A DNA stretch of 64,000 bases from an uncultured Acidobacteriota bacterium (GTDB lineage Bacteria; Acidobacteriota; Vicinamibacteria; Fen-336): positions 961,713-1,025,712 of the forward strand of contig CAVPGH010000001.1 of NCBI GenBank assembly GCA_963703985.1. Direction: 5' to 3'. The notes under the pieces are model-generated. The model made no database searches. It saw only the letters and a program-made list of their open reading frames with translations, and was not told the origin of the DNA. Of this stretch, positions 36,469 through 46,062 are shown piece by piece. Both the position numbers and the translations under genes were made by a program. Every line of letters starts with the position of its first letter. Positions within the stretch are counted from its first letter, which is position 1.

Positions 36469-37296
36469 ATGAATACATTCAACGTGCAGGCCGTCGTGAA
36501 TCCGGTCCTCCTGGGCGGGGTCCTGGCCTGCGCGGTGGGCCTCCCTCGCGCCCAGGCGCAGTCGCCGGAGACTTGTCCCCCCGCGGCCGCCGAGCGGCGC
36601 GAGGAAGCCCTGAGCCTCTACCAGGCGGGCGCGACGAGCGTCCTCGCCGAACGCTGGGAAGAGGCGCTTCCCGCGCTGGAGCAGGCGGGCCGGCTCGACC
36701 CCCGCCTGGTCCTCGCCCACTACGCGCGGGGCCAGGCCCTCATGGCCCTCAAGCGGTACCGCGAGGCGGTCGAGGCCTACCTCGACGGCCGGGAGGCCTT
36801 TCGCTGCGCCTCCACGCTCTCGGAGGCGGAGCAAGCCGAAGCGCGGAAGCGGCTGGAGCGCGAGATCGCCGAGGTCCGCGAGGCCCTCCGTTCTCTGGAG
36901 AGCAGCCGGCACGTCGAGCAGTCGGTGCTGGAGCGGGGGATGCCGGGCTCCGACGCGCCGCGACCGGGCACGGGCTCGTCCCGGGCCCACGTGCTCGAGC
37001 AGCAGCTTCACGAGCTGGAGCGATGGCAGAAGGGCGACGTCACGCGGCCGCCGGCCCTGCTGTCGCTCGCGCTCGGGAACGCCTACTTCCAGTCCGGCTC
37101 CCTGCCCGATGCGGAGCGCGAGTTCCGGGCCGCGCTCCTCGCCGACCCCGGCTCCGGCGACGCCCACAACAACCTGGCCGTGGTCCTGATGCTGACCGGC
37201 CGGGCGGAGGAGGCGGCGAGCGAGGTCCGGCTCGCGGAGAAGGCGGGCGTCCCCGTGAACCCGCGCCTCCTCGAGGAGATCCGCAAACGCCGGTAG
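36469..37296 (+). CDS. Secreted (possibly lipo-) TPR repeat protein with central coiled coil
   Basis: Intact 275-aa ORF. The N-terminus [17 protein letters not shown] is a signal peptide or lipobox. TPR-like pairs include [22 protein letters not shown] and [38 protein letters not shown]. Confidence 0.75.
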   Translation: MNTFNVQAVVNPVLLGGVLACAVGLPRAQAQSPETCPPAAAERREEALSLYQAGATSVLAERWEEALPALEQAGRLDPRLVLAHYARGQALMALKRYREAVEAYLDGREAFRCASTLSEAEQAEARKRLEREIAEVREALRSLESSRHVEQSVLERGMPGSDAPRPGTGSSRAHVLEQQLHELERWQKGDVTRPPALLSLALGNAYFQSGSLPDAEREFRAALLADPGSGDAHNNLAVVLMLTGRAEEAASEVRLAEKAGVPVNPRLLEEIRKRR

Positions 37297-37346
37297 AAGG
37301 GGAACTCTCGAGCTCCGCCGCGGCCGCGCCGCCTCCCACGGCGCTG

Positions 37347-38768
37347 GTGCCGGTCGCCCGTCCCGAGCGCTCGCTGGCCGAGCAGGCCTTCTCCCGCGCC
37401 GCGGGGGCGCCCCTCGTGCCCGGCAACGAGGTCCGGCTGCTCAAGGACGGCGCCGAGAACTATCCCGCCTGGCTCGAGGCGATCGACGCGGCCCGCCGCT
37501 GGGTTCACTTCGAGAACTACATCGTCCACGACGACGCCACCGGCCGTCGCTTCGCGGACGCGCTCTGCGCCAGGGCGAGCGCGGGGGTCCGCGTCCGCCT
37601 CATCCACGACTGGCTGGGCGGGCTGCGCACGGGTTCGCGCCGGCTCTGGCGCAGCCTGCGGCAGGCGGGGGTGGAGGTGCGCACCTTCAACCCTCCGCAG
37701 CTCGACAGCCCCTTCGGCTGGCTCAGCCGCGACCACCGGAAGATGCTGGCGGTGGACGGGACGGTCGGCTTCGTCACCGGGCTCTGCGTGGGCCAGATGT
37801 GGGCGGGTTATCCCGAGCGCGGCCTCGCCCCCTGGCGGGACACGGGGGTGGCGGTGCGGGGGCCGGCGCTGGCCGACGTGGAGCAGGCCTTCGCGGACAT
37901 GTGGGCGGGCCTGGGCGAGCCGCTGCCCGCGGACGAGGTTCCGAGCCGCGACGCGATCGGCGCCGCGGGCGAGGTCGCGCTTCGGGTGGTGGCGGCCACT
38001 CCGAACACCGCGGGGCTCTACCGGCTGGACCAGCTCATCGCGGCGGTGGCGCGGAAGACCCTGTGGCTGACCGACGCCTACTTCGTGGGCATCGCCCCCT
38101 ACGTGCAGGCGCTGGCCGCGGCCGCGCGCGACGGGGTGGACGTCCGGCTCCTCGTTCCCGACGCGGGGGACGTCGCCCTCCTGCGTCCCCTCTCGCGAGC
38201 GGGCTATCGCTCGCTGCTGGAAGCAGGGGTGCGCGTCTTCGAGTGGAACGGCTCCATGCTCCACGCGAAGACGGCGGTGGCCGACTCGCGCTGGGCACGC
38301 GTGGGCTCCACCAACCTGAACCTCGCGAGCTGGCTCGGCAACTGCGAGCTGGACGTGGCGGTGGAGGACGAGGGGTTCGCGCGCGCGATGGAAGAGATGT
38401 ACCGACGGGATCTCGAGCAGTCGACGGAGATCGTCCTCAGCCGCCGCCGCCTGCGGCGCGCGCCCTCGTCGCTGCCCACGGAACGCCACGGCCGGACGGG
38501 GGGAAGCGCGGGACGGGCGGCGGCGGGAGCGCTTCGCCTCGGGCGCGCGGTGGGGGCCGCCCTCACCAACCGGCGGCTGCTCGGCCCCGCGGAGGCGCAG
38601 GTCATGGGGGCGTCCGGCCTGTTCCTGCTCGTCACCGCGGTGGTGGCGGCGCTCTGGCCGGCCCTCGTGGCCTTTCCCCTAGCCGCGATCTCGGCCTGGC
38701 TGGCCGCCGGCCTTCTCGTGCGGGCCCTGCGCCTTTGGGCGAAGGGCCGGACCGCGTCCAAAAACTGA
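37347..38768 (+). CDS. Phospholipase D / cardiolipin synthase-like protein with two HKD motifs and C-terminal TM helices
   Basis: Frame of ORF 36411-38768. HRKMLAVDG and [20 protein letters not shown] are the two HxKxxxxD motifs. The C-terminus [34 protein letters not shown] is hydrophobic. The start is uncertain; GTG 37347 is the first plausible codon after the upstream TAG at 37296. Confidence 0.75.
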   Translation: MPVARPERSLAEQAFSRAAGAPLVPGNEVRLLKDGAENYPAWLEAIDAARRWVHFENYIVHDDATGRRFADALCARASAGVRVRLIHDWLGGLRTGSRRLWRSLRQAGVEVRTFNPPQLDSPFGWLSRDHRKMLAVDGTVGFVTGLCVGQMWAGYPERGLAPWRDTGVAVRGPALADVEQAFADMWAGLGEPLPADEVPSRDAIGAAGEVALRVVAATPNTAGLYRLDQLIAAVARKTLWLTDAYFVGIAPYVQALAAAARDGVDVRLLVPDAGDVALLRPLSRAGYRSLLEAGVRVFEWNGSMLHAKTAVADSRWARVGSTNLNLASWLGNCELDVAVEDEGFARAMEEMYRRDLEQSTEIVLSRRRLRRAPSSLPTERHGRTGGSAGRAAAGALRLGRAVGAALTNRRLLGPAEAQVMGASGLFLLVTAVVAALWPALVAFPLAAISAWLAAGLLVRALRLWAKGRTASKN

Positions 38769-38948
38769 CAGGAGGGCCGAAACCCGGACCGTTCTGGACA
38801 CGGCGGGCCGCCGCGGCGGTCGCCGCGATCACGTTGATTCTAATGACCGCGGGCCCTCGAGCGGCGCCGGCATCTCCCTTGCTGTACTACGGAGCGCGCG
38901 GTGACCCAACCAGGCGCCGACGCGTTCTTTCTTCCTCGGGGGGACGCC

Positions 38949-39200
38949 ATGAAGTTCCTGCGAAAGACCTCGGTGGCTGCGACGCTGACGTGGCTCCCGA
39001 TCGCCGCCGTCTGCGCGATACACGCCGCCCCCGGCGGGCCGCTCCAGTGCGTGGCCACCGGCGGCGGGCACGCGCTTCCCGCCTGGCCGATGCTGTTCGC
39101 CGTGCTCCTGCCCGTCATGGGTATCGGCGAGATCCTGGCCGAGGCGCGGGCCCCCGCGCCGGTCCCCGCCCCCGCGCGCAGTCGGCACCCGGTCCGCTGA
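38949..39200 (+). CDS. Small hypothetical membrane/secreted protein
   Basis: The internal ATG of ORF 38901-39200 (MKFLRKTSVAATLTWLPIAAVCAIHA...) gives 83 aa with GC3-rich codons and two hydrophobic segments. I recognise no homology. Confidence 0.35.
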   Translation: MKFLRKTSVAATLTWLPIAAVCAIHAAPGGPLQCVATGGGHALPAWPMLFAVLLPVMGIGEILAEARAPAPVPAPARSRHPVR

Positions 39201-39204
39201 ACCC

Positions 39205-39223
39205 CGCGGGCTCCTCGCCCGCG
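39205..39223. terminator. Hairpin between convergent genes (possible bidirectional terminator)
   Basis: CGCGGGC-tcctc-GCCCGCG forms a 7-bp stem centred in the 28-nt gap between stops at 39200 (+) and 39229 (-). Confidence 0.35.
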
Positions 39224-39228
39224 ATCTC

Positions 39229-40059
39229 TCAGGGCCGCGCCCGGCAGTCCAGGCAGGCGAACGGCACGTCCAGCCGAAGCTCCCCCCGCCTTCTCGCGAA
39301 CTCGTTCAGTCGCTGCTCGAGCAGCGCGAACACGCGCTCGACCTCTCGTGCGGGCGGAACCGCGCGCCACGACTCCAGGAAGCCCAGGCGGACGAAGAAG
39401 TGGGAGAGCAGGGCGGTCCCGTCGAGGAAGCGGAGGGAGAACGAGCCCTCGCTGATCTTCACCGTCTCGAAGCCGGCGGCGGCCACGAGCGTGCGGACTT
39501 CCTCGAGTGGGCGGCGCTTGGCGTGGATGTGGCGGCGCAGCATGGGCACCGACGACTCGAGTCGGCACTCGCGGAGCACGTTCTCGTAGACCTCGTAGAA
39601 CGCGCGCATGGTCTCCGGCAGGTTCTGGGTGAGGACCATCTGCGCCCCCGGCCTCGAGACCCTCCGGCATTCCGCGAGGGCGGCCGCGACGTCCTGCACG
39701 TTGTTCAGTCCGTTGTTCGAGAGAACGAGGTCCACGCTCGCCGAGGCCAGGGGCACGCGTTCCGCCACCGCCCGCAGGAGGAGGACGTTCTCCAGCCCGT
39801 ACGTCTGCGCCTTCTCCCTCGCCCGCGCCGCCCCCGCCCCCCAGGGGTCGACCCCGTAGACGCGCGCCGACGGCCCCAGGCGCCGAGCCAGCTCGAGGAG
39901 GGGGAAGCCGGTGCCGAACCCCACGTCCAGCACGGTCATGCCCGTCGCGAGATGCACCGTCTCGAGCAGCCGCAGCCCGAACGGCGCGGACCAGAGGGGC
40001 AGCTCGTCGAAGGCGGACACGACCGCGGGATCGTCGCCGTTCGGCACCGAGCCGGTCAT
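39229..40059 (-). CDS. Class I SAM-dependent methyltransferase
   Basis: Intact 276-aa ORF. VLDVGFGTGFPLLELA is motif I; VYGVDP and VDLVLSNNGLNNV follow. Confidence 0.85.
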   Translation of the reverse strand: MTGSVPNGDDPAVVSAFDELPLWSAPFGLRLLETVHLATGMTVLDVGFGTGFPLLELARRLGPSARVYGVDPWGAGAARAREKAQTYGLENVLLLRAVAERVPLASASVDLVLSNNGLNNVQDVAAALAECRRVSRPGAQMVLTQNLPETMRAFYEVYENVLRECRLESSVPMLRRHIHAKRRPLEEVRTLVAAAGFETVKISEGSFSLRFLDGTALLSHFFVRLGFLESWRAVPPAREVERVFALLEQRLNEFARRRGELRLDVPFACLDCRARP

Positions 40060-40178
40060 GGGACGATGTTACGGCATCGCGCCCCTACTCTGTCCGGAAT
40101 GGGAAGAGCAGCAGCTCGGAGAGGCCTGCAGATATTCCCGTTCGTACGTCCGGACAACATTGATTATGCTCCCCGCCG

Positions 40179-41300
40179 ATGCGCTCCCGGGTCGCCGTCT
40201 TCCTCGCGGTCCTGGCCGCCGTGGCCGCCGTCCTGACCTGTGCCCCCATACTCACGCGCGGGATGTGGATCGCGCGGCTCGCGCTGCGCGAGACGAGCCT
40301 GCTGACGACCGCCGTGGCCGTGGCCGCCCTCGTGCTGGCTCGTGGTCCGGGGGCTCCGAGGCGCGTGGTCGGGGTTCTCGCCGTGCCCGCCGCGCTCGTC
40401 GGCCTCCTGCCCTTTTCCGCGCAGTGGATGGCGCTCCACCGGCTCGGGCTTCCCTTCTCGCTCCGCGAGTACGTCCTCGGCCCCCGCACGCCCGCCGTAC
40501 GCGAGCAGCGGGACCTGGTGCTGGATGGAGCACGGGCGCGCCCGCTCCGGGGGGACGTGTTCTCCGGCGTAGGAGCGGGTCCCCATCCCTTCGTGGTGGC
40601 CGTGCACGGGGGCAGCTGGAGGGGCGGGGAGAGGGGCCAGGGGGCGCACATCTCGCGCGCGCTCGCCGGCGCCGGCTACACGGTGTTCGACGTGGAGTAC
40701 GGGTTGGCCCCGGAGCATCCCTTCCCCGAGGCGGTGGCGGACCTGAAATGCCTGCTCGGACGGCTGCGGGCGCGGGCGGCGGAGCTGGACCTCGATCCCG
40801 TTCGGGGGGCGCTTCTCGGCCGCTCCGCGGGAGGGCAGATCGCGCTCGTCGCCGCCTATTCCACCGGTGACGCACGCATCCCCCCGTCGTGCGCGACGGA
40901 GGAGGCGCCCGTCCAGGGAGTGATCGCGCTCTACGCTCCCGCCGACCTCGTCTACGGCTATGCGAATCCCATGCGGCCCGATGTGATCCGGGGGAACGAG
41001 TCTCTCGCGCTGTACCTGGGCGGCCCGCCGGATCGCCGGTGGGAAACCTACCGGCTCGCCAGCCCGCGGAGCTGGGTGGACGGAAGGCCCCTGCCCCCGA
41101 CCCTGCTGCTGCACGGGGCGAGCGACCCGATCGTGGAATGCCTGCACTCCGTGCTCCTTGCCGCCGAGCTCGTGGCGGCGGGGGGGCGGGTGCGCCAGGT
41201 GTGCGTGCCGTTCGGCGAGCACGCCTTCGACATGCGACCCGGGAGCGTGGGCGAGCAGCTCGCGCGCCGCGCGATCCTGGAGTTCCTCGGGGGGATCTGA
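40179..41300 (+). CDS. Alpha/beta hydrolase (esterase/lipase, HGG-type) with N-terminal membrane segment
   Basis: Intact 373-aa ORF. VVAVHGGSWRGG is the oxyanion-hole HGG motif and LLGRSAGGQIAL is the GxSxG elbow. The C-terminus has LLLHGASDPIV and GEHAFD. Confidence 0.8.
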   Translation: MRSRVAVFLAVLAAVAAVLTCAPILTRGMWIARLALRETSLLTTAVAVAALVLARGPGAPRRVVGVLAVPAALVGLLPFSAQWMALHRLGLPFSLREYVLGPRTPAVREQRDLVLDGARARPLRGDVFSGVGAGPHPFVVAVHGGSWRGGERGQGAHISRALAGAGYTVFDVEYGLAPEHPFPEAVADLKCLLGRLRARAAELDLDPVRGALLGRSAGGQIALVAAYSTGDARIPPSCATEEAPVQGVIALYAPADLVYGYANPMRPDVIRGNESLALYLGGPPDRRWETYRLASPRSWVDGRPLPPTLLLHGASDPIVECLHSVLLAAELVAAGGRVRQVCVPFGEHAFDMRPGSVGEQLARRAILEFLGGI

Positions 41301-41316
41301 AGCCCGCGCCCACCCG

Positions 41317-42504
41317 CTACCAGGAGTGGGGGCGGTGCAGGCTCCCGATGTTGCGGACCTGGAGGCGGTCGATGCGCCGCAAGGCACCGCGCACCTCCTC
41401 CGCCGTCGCCGGCTCTGGGTCCAGCTCGAGCGCGGTCAGCAGGTACTGGTAGGCGGCGGCGGGATCGTGCTGATCCTCGAGCAGGATGAGCCCGGCGAGC
41501 GCGTAAGCCTCGGCGAGCCCCGGCCCCGCTTGCACGTCGCGCACGGTGCGCCGCAGCAGGACGAGCGCCTCGTCGGACCGGCCCTCTTGCCGCAGCCAGC
41601 GTGCGACCTCCACCGCTTCCTCCGCGGAGAGCGCACCTCGAGCCTCCGGAGGCGAGAGCGATCGGTAGGCGTCGGCCGCTTCCTCCAGCCGGCCGCGCCG
41701 GATCGCCTCGTGCAGGAGGGGAGGCTCCGGCTCCGAGGCTCCCGCCCCGAGAATCGGCTCCTTGTGCAGGACGCGCTGGTCGTGGATCCAGGCCACGGCC
41801 AGCCCGGCCACGAAGCCGCCGATGTGCGCGCCGTGGGCCACTCCGTCCCCGCCCCGGATCAGGATGTAGGGGAGCAGGTTGTCCACGAACAGGTAGATGC
41901 CGAGCACCATCCGCGCCGGCACTTCGAACACCTGCATGATGAAGGGCGGGAAGAGGAGGAGCAGGCGCACGATGTTCCGCGGGAACCAGACGAAGTAGAA
42001 GCCCAGGATCCCCGAGATCGCGCCCGACGCTCCCACCAGCGGGACCTCGGAGCCCGACGCGAAGAACGAGTGGCAGAGGGTGGCGACCGCGCCCGTGGCC
42101 AGGTACCAGAAGAGGTAACGCGCCGACCCCATGTGCTTCTCCACGTTGTCGCCGTAGATCCAGAGGAAGAGCATGTTGCCGGCGACGTGGAGGAAGCCGG
42201 CGTGGAGGAACATGCAGAGCAGCAGGTCGGCGGGGGAGGGTCGCGCCGGGCGGTAGCCGTGGGTGAAGACGAACAGGTCGTAGGCGGTCGTCCGCTGCAG
42301 CAGATCGGCGGGGGAGATACGGCCGCCCATGGCGTCGGACATCACCTCGACGTACTCTCGCAGCTCGGGGTCCCGGGGGTCGGGGCGCCTCGCGCTCAGG
42401 GGAAGCGAGACGAGCAGGTAGATCGCCACGTTGACCGCGATGAGCGCGTAGGTGACGGGGGCGGCGCCGCGGGTGTTGGGGGCGTCGCCGACGGGGATGA
42501 CCAT
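41317..42504 (-). CDS. Rhomboid-family intramembrane serine protease fused to a C-terminal TPR-like domain
   Basis: ORF 41317-42567. ATG 42504 is preceded by GGAGG. Motifs: FLHAGFLHVAGNMLFLWIYG, GASGAISGILG (GxSG) and AHGAHIGGFVAGL (His). About 160 aa of helical repeats follow (EAVEVARWLRQEGRSDEALVLL..., YALAGLILLEDQHDPAAAYQYLLTALELDP). Confidence 0.85.
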   Translation of the reverse strand: MVIPVGDAPNTRGAAPVTYALIAVNVAIYLLVSLPLSARRPDPRDPELREYVEVMSDAMGGRISPADLLQRTTAYDLFVFTHGYRPARPSPADLLLCMFLHAGFLHVAGNMLFLWIYGDNVEKHMGSARYLFWYLATGAVATLCHSFFASGSEVPLVGASGAISGILGFYFVWFPRNIVRLLLLFPPFIMQVFEVPARMVLGIYLFVDNLLPYILIRGGDGVAHGAHIGGFVAGLAVAWIHDQRVLHKEPILGAGASEPEPPLLHEAIRRGRLEEAADAYRSLSPPEARGALSAEEAVEVARWLRQEGRSDEALVLLRRTVRDVQAGPGLAEAYALAGLILLEDQHDPAAAYQYLLTALELDPEPATAEEVRGALRRIDRLQVRNIGSLHRPHSW

Positions 42505-42662
42505 GAGACGACCTCCGCGGGGCGATGATTGTAGCAACAGAGGGAGGTGACGATGTTCCTCGGGCACTTCGCCGCGGGTCTCTACCTGGCCAACGTGTTC
42601 GGGCCCCCGCCCCCGAGCGTCACCGCCATGGCGTTGTCCATGATCGTGCTCGTGCCGCTCCT

Positions 42663-44936
42663 GTGGTGGTGGGGAAACAAGGTGGCGGCCTGACCCGCCT
42701 CCTCGCGGCGGGCGTCCTCTTCGCCCTGGGGTGCTCCCTGGCCCGGGCGGCCGACCCCCTTCCCGTGGTCGCCCCGCTCGCGCTGCCGCGCACGTCCGAA
42801 CCCGTCACGATCGACGGCGACCTCGGCGAGCCGGCGTGGAAGGCCGCGGCCGTGATCACCCGCTTCTGGGACATCACGTTCGGCGACAACCGGGCCCCCC
42901 TCGTGGAGACCCGCGCCTTCCTGATGTACGACGCGCACGCCTTCTACGTCGCCGTGGTCTGCGACGATCCCGAGCCGGCGAAGATCCGCGCCCCCTACGT
43001 GGACCGGGACACCGTGTTCGCGAACCAGGACAACGTGGCCGTCTTCCTCGACACCCGGAACGACCGGCGCGCCGCTTTCGAGTTCCGCGTGAATCCCCGG
43101 GGCATCCAGGGCGACGCGATCTTCAACGACGCCAACTCGGAGGAGGACTTCACCCCGGACTTCTACTACGCCACCGCGGCCCGGATCACGGACCGGGGCT
43201 GGCAGTTCGAGATGCGCATACCGTTCTCCACCCTGCGCTACCCGCGCGCCGACCCCCAGAGCTGGGGCGTGCGCATCTGGCGGAACTACCCGCGCGACTT
43301 CCGGTACGGGATCTTCAGCAGTCCCTATCCCGCCGGCTCCAACTGCTTCATCTGCCACCTGCACGAGCTCCGCGGGATCACGGGGCTGCCTTCCTCGGGA
43401 CACCTGGTCCTGGCCCCCTACGCGACCGGACAGGACGTGGCCGAGGCCCCCGTACCGGGCGCGCCCCTGGGCCCCGGCGAGCGGGACGTCGAGGTCGGCC
43501 TGGACGTGAAATGGACGCCGGGCGCGGCCACCGCCCTCGACGCCACGATCAACCCCGACTTCTCCCAGATCGAGGCCGACGTGGCCCAGATCACGGTCAA
43601 CAACCGCTTCGCGCTCTTCTACCCGGAGAAGCGGCCCTTCTTCCTGGAGGGCGTCGACCTCTTCCACACTCCCATCCTCGCCGTCTACACGCGCACGATC
43701 ACGTCCCCCCGATGGGGCGCGCGGGCCACCGGCAAGCTCGGGAGCACCTCCTACACGCTGCTCGCCGCCCAGGATCGGGGCGGGGGGAGCGTCGTGATCC
43801 CCGGTCCCACGGAGTCGAGCCTCGCCCCGCAGGACTACCGCTCGCTGGTCGGGGTGGGCCGGCTGCGCCGCGACTTCGGCAACTCGTTCGTGGGGCTGCT
43901 CTACACCGGCCGCGAGATCGACGAGGCGGACGGGGGCGGCTACAACCGTGTCTTCGGTCCCGACTTCCAGTGGCGGCCCAACCAGCGGGACCGGGTGACG
44001 GGCCAGTTCCTGATCAGCCGGACCCAGACGCCCGACCGGCCCGATCTCTCGCCGGAATGGGACGGGAGCCGCCTGGCCTCGCGGGCTCTCCTCGTGAGCT
44101 GGCTTCGCCAGACTCCGACCGTCGACACCTTCATCCGCTACCGCGACTTCGGGGACTTCTTTCGGGCGGACGAGGGCTTCGTCCCCCAGGTCGGCTACCT
44201 CGACGGCTACCTGGACGTCGGCTACACGCTCTACCGGGACGACTTCTTCAGCCGCCTGCGGCCCTACGTGGTGGCGGAGTACTCCGAGGATCGGGAGCAC
44301 AATCCGATCCGCGAGCGGGTCGAGCCGGGCGTGCAGTTCCAGGGAAGGAAGAACCTGCAGGGCTTCGTCGGCCTCGACGTCGAGCGCGAGAGGACGAGCG
44401 GCGTCCTTCTCTCGCTGACCCGCGCCCCCTTCCGGTTCCAGGTCGATCCGGGTCGCCTCTTCCCCCAGGTCGCCCTCTCGGGATTCGTGGGCGAGGACGT
44501 CGACCTCGTGGGCGTGCGGGTGGGAACGGGGGCCGACCTGCTCCTGACCCTCACCGTCCGTCCCACCGACCACCTGACGCTGGACGCGGTGAGCGAGCTG
44601 AGCTGGCTCGACGTGGACGACCCGAGCCTCGGCCAGGGGCGGCTCTTCACCGCCCAGGTCCAGCGCCTCAAGGCCACCTACAACTTCACGTCACGCCTGT
44701 TCGTCCGCCTCATCGGGCAGTACGTGGAGACGACCCGGGACCCGTCGCTCTACCCGAGGCCGGTGGTGGCCCACGAGGCGAGCTTCTCGGGCTCCGCGCT
44801 CCTGAGCTACCGGATCAACTGGCAGACCGCGTTCTTCCTCGGCTACGGCGACGATCAGGAGCGGCCGCCGACGGGCGGGCTCGACCAGACGAGCCGCCAG
44901 TTCTTCGTGAAGCTCTCGTATTCGTTCCAGCGCTGA
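42663..44936 (+). CDS. CBM9-like + DUF5916-type outer-membrane protein
   Basis: Frame of ORF 42525-44936. Three consecutive GTGs at 42663-42671 precede the signal peptide LLAAGVLFALGCSLARA. Motifs: TIDGDLGEPAWKAAAVITRFWD, LMYDAHAFYVAVVCDDPEP, AVFLDTRNDRRAAFEFRVNPRGIQGDA and GWQFEMRIPFSTLRY. A long beta-rich region ends KLSYSFQR. Confidence 0.75.
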   Translation: MVVGKQGGGLTRLLAAGVLFALGCSLARAADPLPVVAPLALPRTSEPVTIDGDLGEPAWKAAAVITRFWDITFGDNRAPLVETRAFLMYDAHAFYVAVVCDDPEPAKIRAPYVDRDTVFANQDNVAVFLDTRNDRRAAFEFRVNPRGIQGDAIFNDANSEEDFTPDFYYATAARITDRGWQFEMRIPFSTLRYPRADPQSWGVRIWRNYPRDFRYGIFSSPYPAGSNCFICHLHELRGITGLPSSGHLVLAPYATGQDVAEAPVPGAPLGPGERDVEVGLDVKWTPGAATALDATINPDFSQIEADVAQITVNNRFALFYPEKRPFFLEGVDLFHTPILAVYTRTITSPRWGARATGKLGSTSYTLLAAQDRGGGSVVIPGPTESSLAPQDYRSLVGVGRLRRDFGNSFVGLLYTGREIDEADGGGYNRVFGPDFQWRPNQRDRVTGQFLISRTQTPDRPDLSPEWDGSRLASRALLVSWLRQTPTVDTFIRYRDFGDFFRADEGFVPQVGYLDGYLDVGYTLYRDDFFSRLRPYVVAEYSEDREHNPIRERVEPGVQFQGRKNLQGFVGLDVERERTSGVLLSLTRAPFRFQVDPGRLFPQVALSGFVGEDVDLVGVRVGTGADLLLTLTVRPTDHLTLDAVSELSWLDVDDPSLGQGRLFTAQVQRLKATYNFTSRLFVRLIGQYVETTRDPSLYPRPVVAHEASFSGSALLSYRINWQTAFFLGYGDDQERPPTGGLDQTSRQFFVKLSYSFQR

Positions 44937-45885
44937 GGAAGACGCGGGGATCAGCGCATTTCGTGCTTCGGGACGGGCGCGGCCCCGCTCCCGCGCCCGG
45001 TGCCGGGACCCTCGCCGCGGCCATGCTGCCCACGAGCGTCTTTCCGTCGCGTTGGGCGTCCCGATGGCTGACCTCGGGCTGGGGGTCCATCCCCTTGTCG
45101 AACTCCTCCTTGAGCAGCGCGTGCAGCTCGAGCACGCGCGGCACGTAGCTGCGCGTTTCCGCGGCGAGCGCGCCCGCCCCCGCCCGGAAGAAGCCGGCGT
45201 TGAGGGGGCCCCCGTTGTACTCGGCCAGCACCATCTGGGGATCGCTGTAGGTGGAGAACAGGATGTCGAGGTAGAGCGCGGCCGCCTCCGTGTTCTTCTG
45301 GGGATCGTAGAGCGTGGTGTCGTCGTAGTTCCAGCCCAGGGAGCGCACGAGAAGGCGTCCGGTGGAGGGCCAGATCTGGTAGAGGCCTCGCGCGTCCGCG
45401 TGGCTGGTGGCGAGCGGGTCGTACCCGCTCTCCACGATGCCGATGGCCAGGAGCAGGAGGGGATCGACCGCGGGGTACTTCTCGCAGGCCTCGAGCGCGA
45501 GCCGGGCATAGTAGTAGGCGTCGGTCAGGCTCACCTTGGGGTTCGTCTTGAGGATGCGGTTGCGCATGCCCAGGAGCAGGAGGCGCCGCTTCGAGTCGTA
45601 GGACATTCCCGATTCGAGCTGCTGGATCCTCCGCTCCACCCGGGCCATGGTCGCGGATGCTTCCTGGTTCCGCGCGTCCAGGCCCCGCAGGGCGAAGTGT
45701 CCCATCATCACCAGGGCCAGGAGCAGCAGGCAGAGGCAGAGGAAGGCCAGCGACTGCCAGACGGTTCCCCCCTGGCGGATCACGATCGTGCGCGATCGGC
45801 CCGGCTCGCGGGGATGGGGGCTCACCGGTCGCGGCCGGCGGTCGTTGAGATCGTGCAGCACGCTCCCTTGTTCATTGAGGATCAT
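44815..45885 (-). CDS. Lytic transglycosylase (SLT domain) with N-terminal TM anchor; 3' end doubtful
   Basis: The ORF shows a TM helix (LAFLCLCLLLLALVMM), a catalytic-Glu context (LLAIGIVESGYDP), ARGLYQIWPST and AEYNGGP. As sequenced, the tail overlaps the convergent gene by ~120 nt. An alternative frame stops at 44951-44953 (...VPKHEMR). Confidence 0.75.
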   Translation of the reverse strand: MILNEQGSVLHDLNDRRPRPVSPHPREPGRSRTIVIRQGGTVWQSLAFLCLCLLLLALVMMGHFALRGLDARNQEASATMARVERRIQQLESGMSYDSKRRLLLLGMRNRILKTNPKVSLTDAYYYARLALEACEKYPAVDPLLLLAIGIVESGYDPLATSHADARGLYQIWPSTGRLLVRSLGWNYDDTTLYDPQKNTEAAALYLDILFSTYSDPQMVLAEYNGGPLNAGFFRAGAGALAAETRSYVPRVLELHALLKEEFDKGMDPQPEVSHRDAQRDGKTLVGSMAAARVPAPGAGAGPRPSRSTKCADPRVFLSAGTNTRASRRTGGSSGRARPSAAAPDRRRSRGRTRSAS

Positions 45886-46062
45886 GTGCTCCCCTTCCCG
45901 GACGCCTCGGAAACGTTCGAGGGGGACGTCAACGCGCTCGATTGTCCTGGAAGGACCTGAGAGGGCGGCTCGTCAGACGACGTGCGCCCGGGCGGGGCAC
46001 GCGAGCAATCGCCGCAACTCCATCCCGATTGATCGCTAAAGTACTCCTGCCCGTCGGGTGGG

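Noticed and set aside
42554-42694. 46-codon ORF (MFLGHFAAGLYLANVF...LLWWWGNKVAA) in the divergent spacer between the rhomboid gene and the CBM9/DUF5916 gene.
   Set aside because: It is too short, I recognise no family, and it overlaps the likely GTG starts of the downstream gene. It may be a chance ORF or a remnant.
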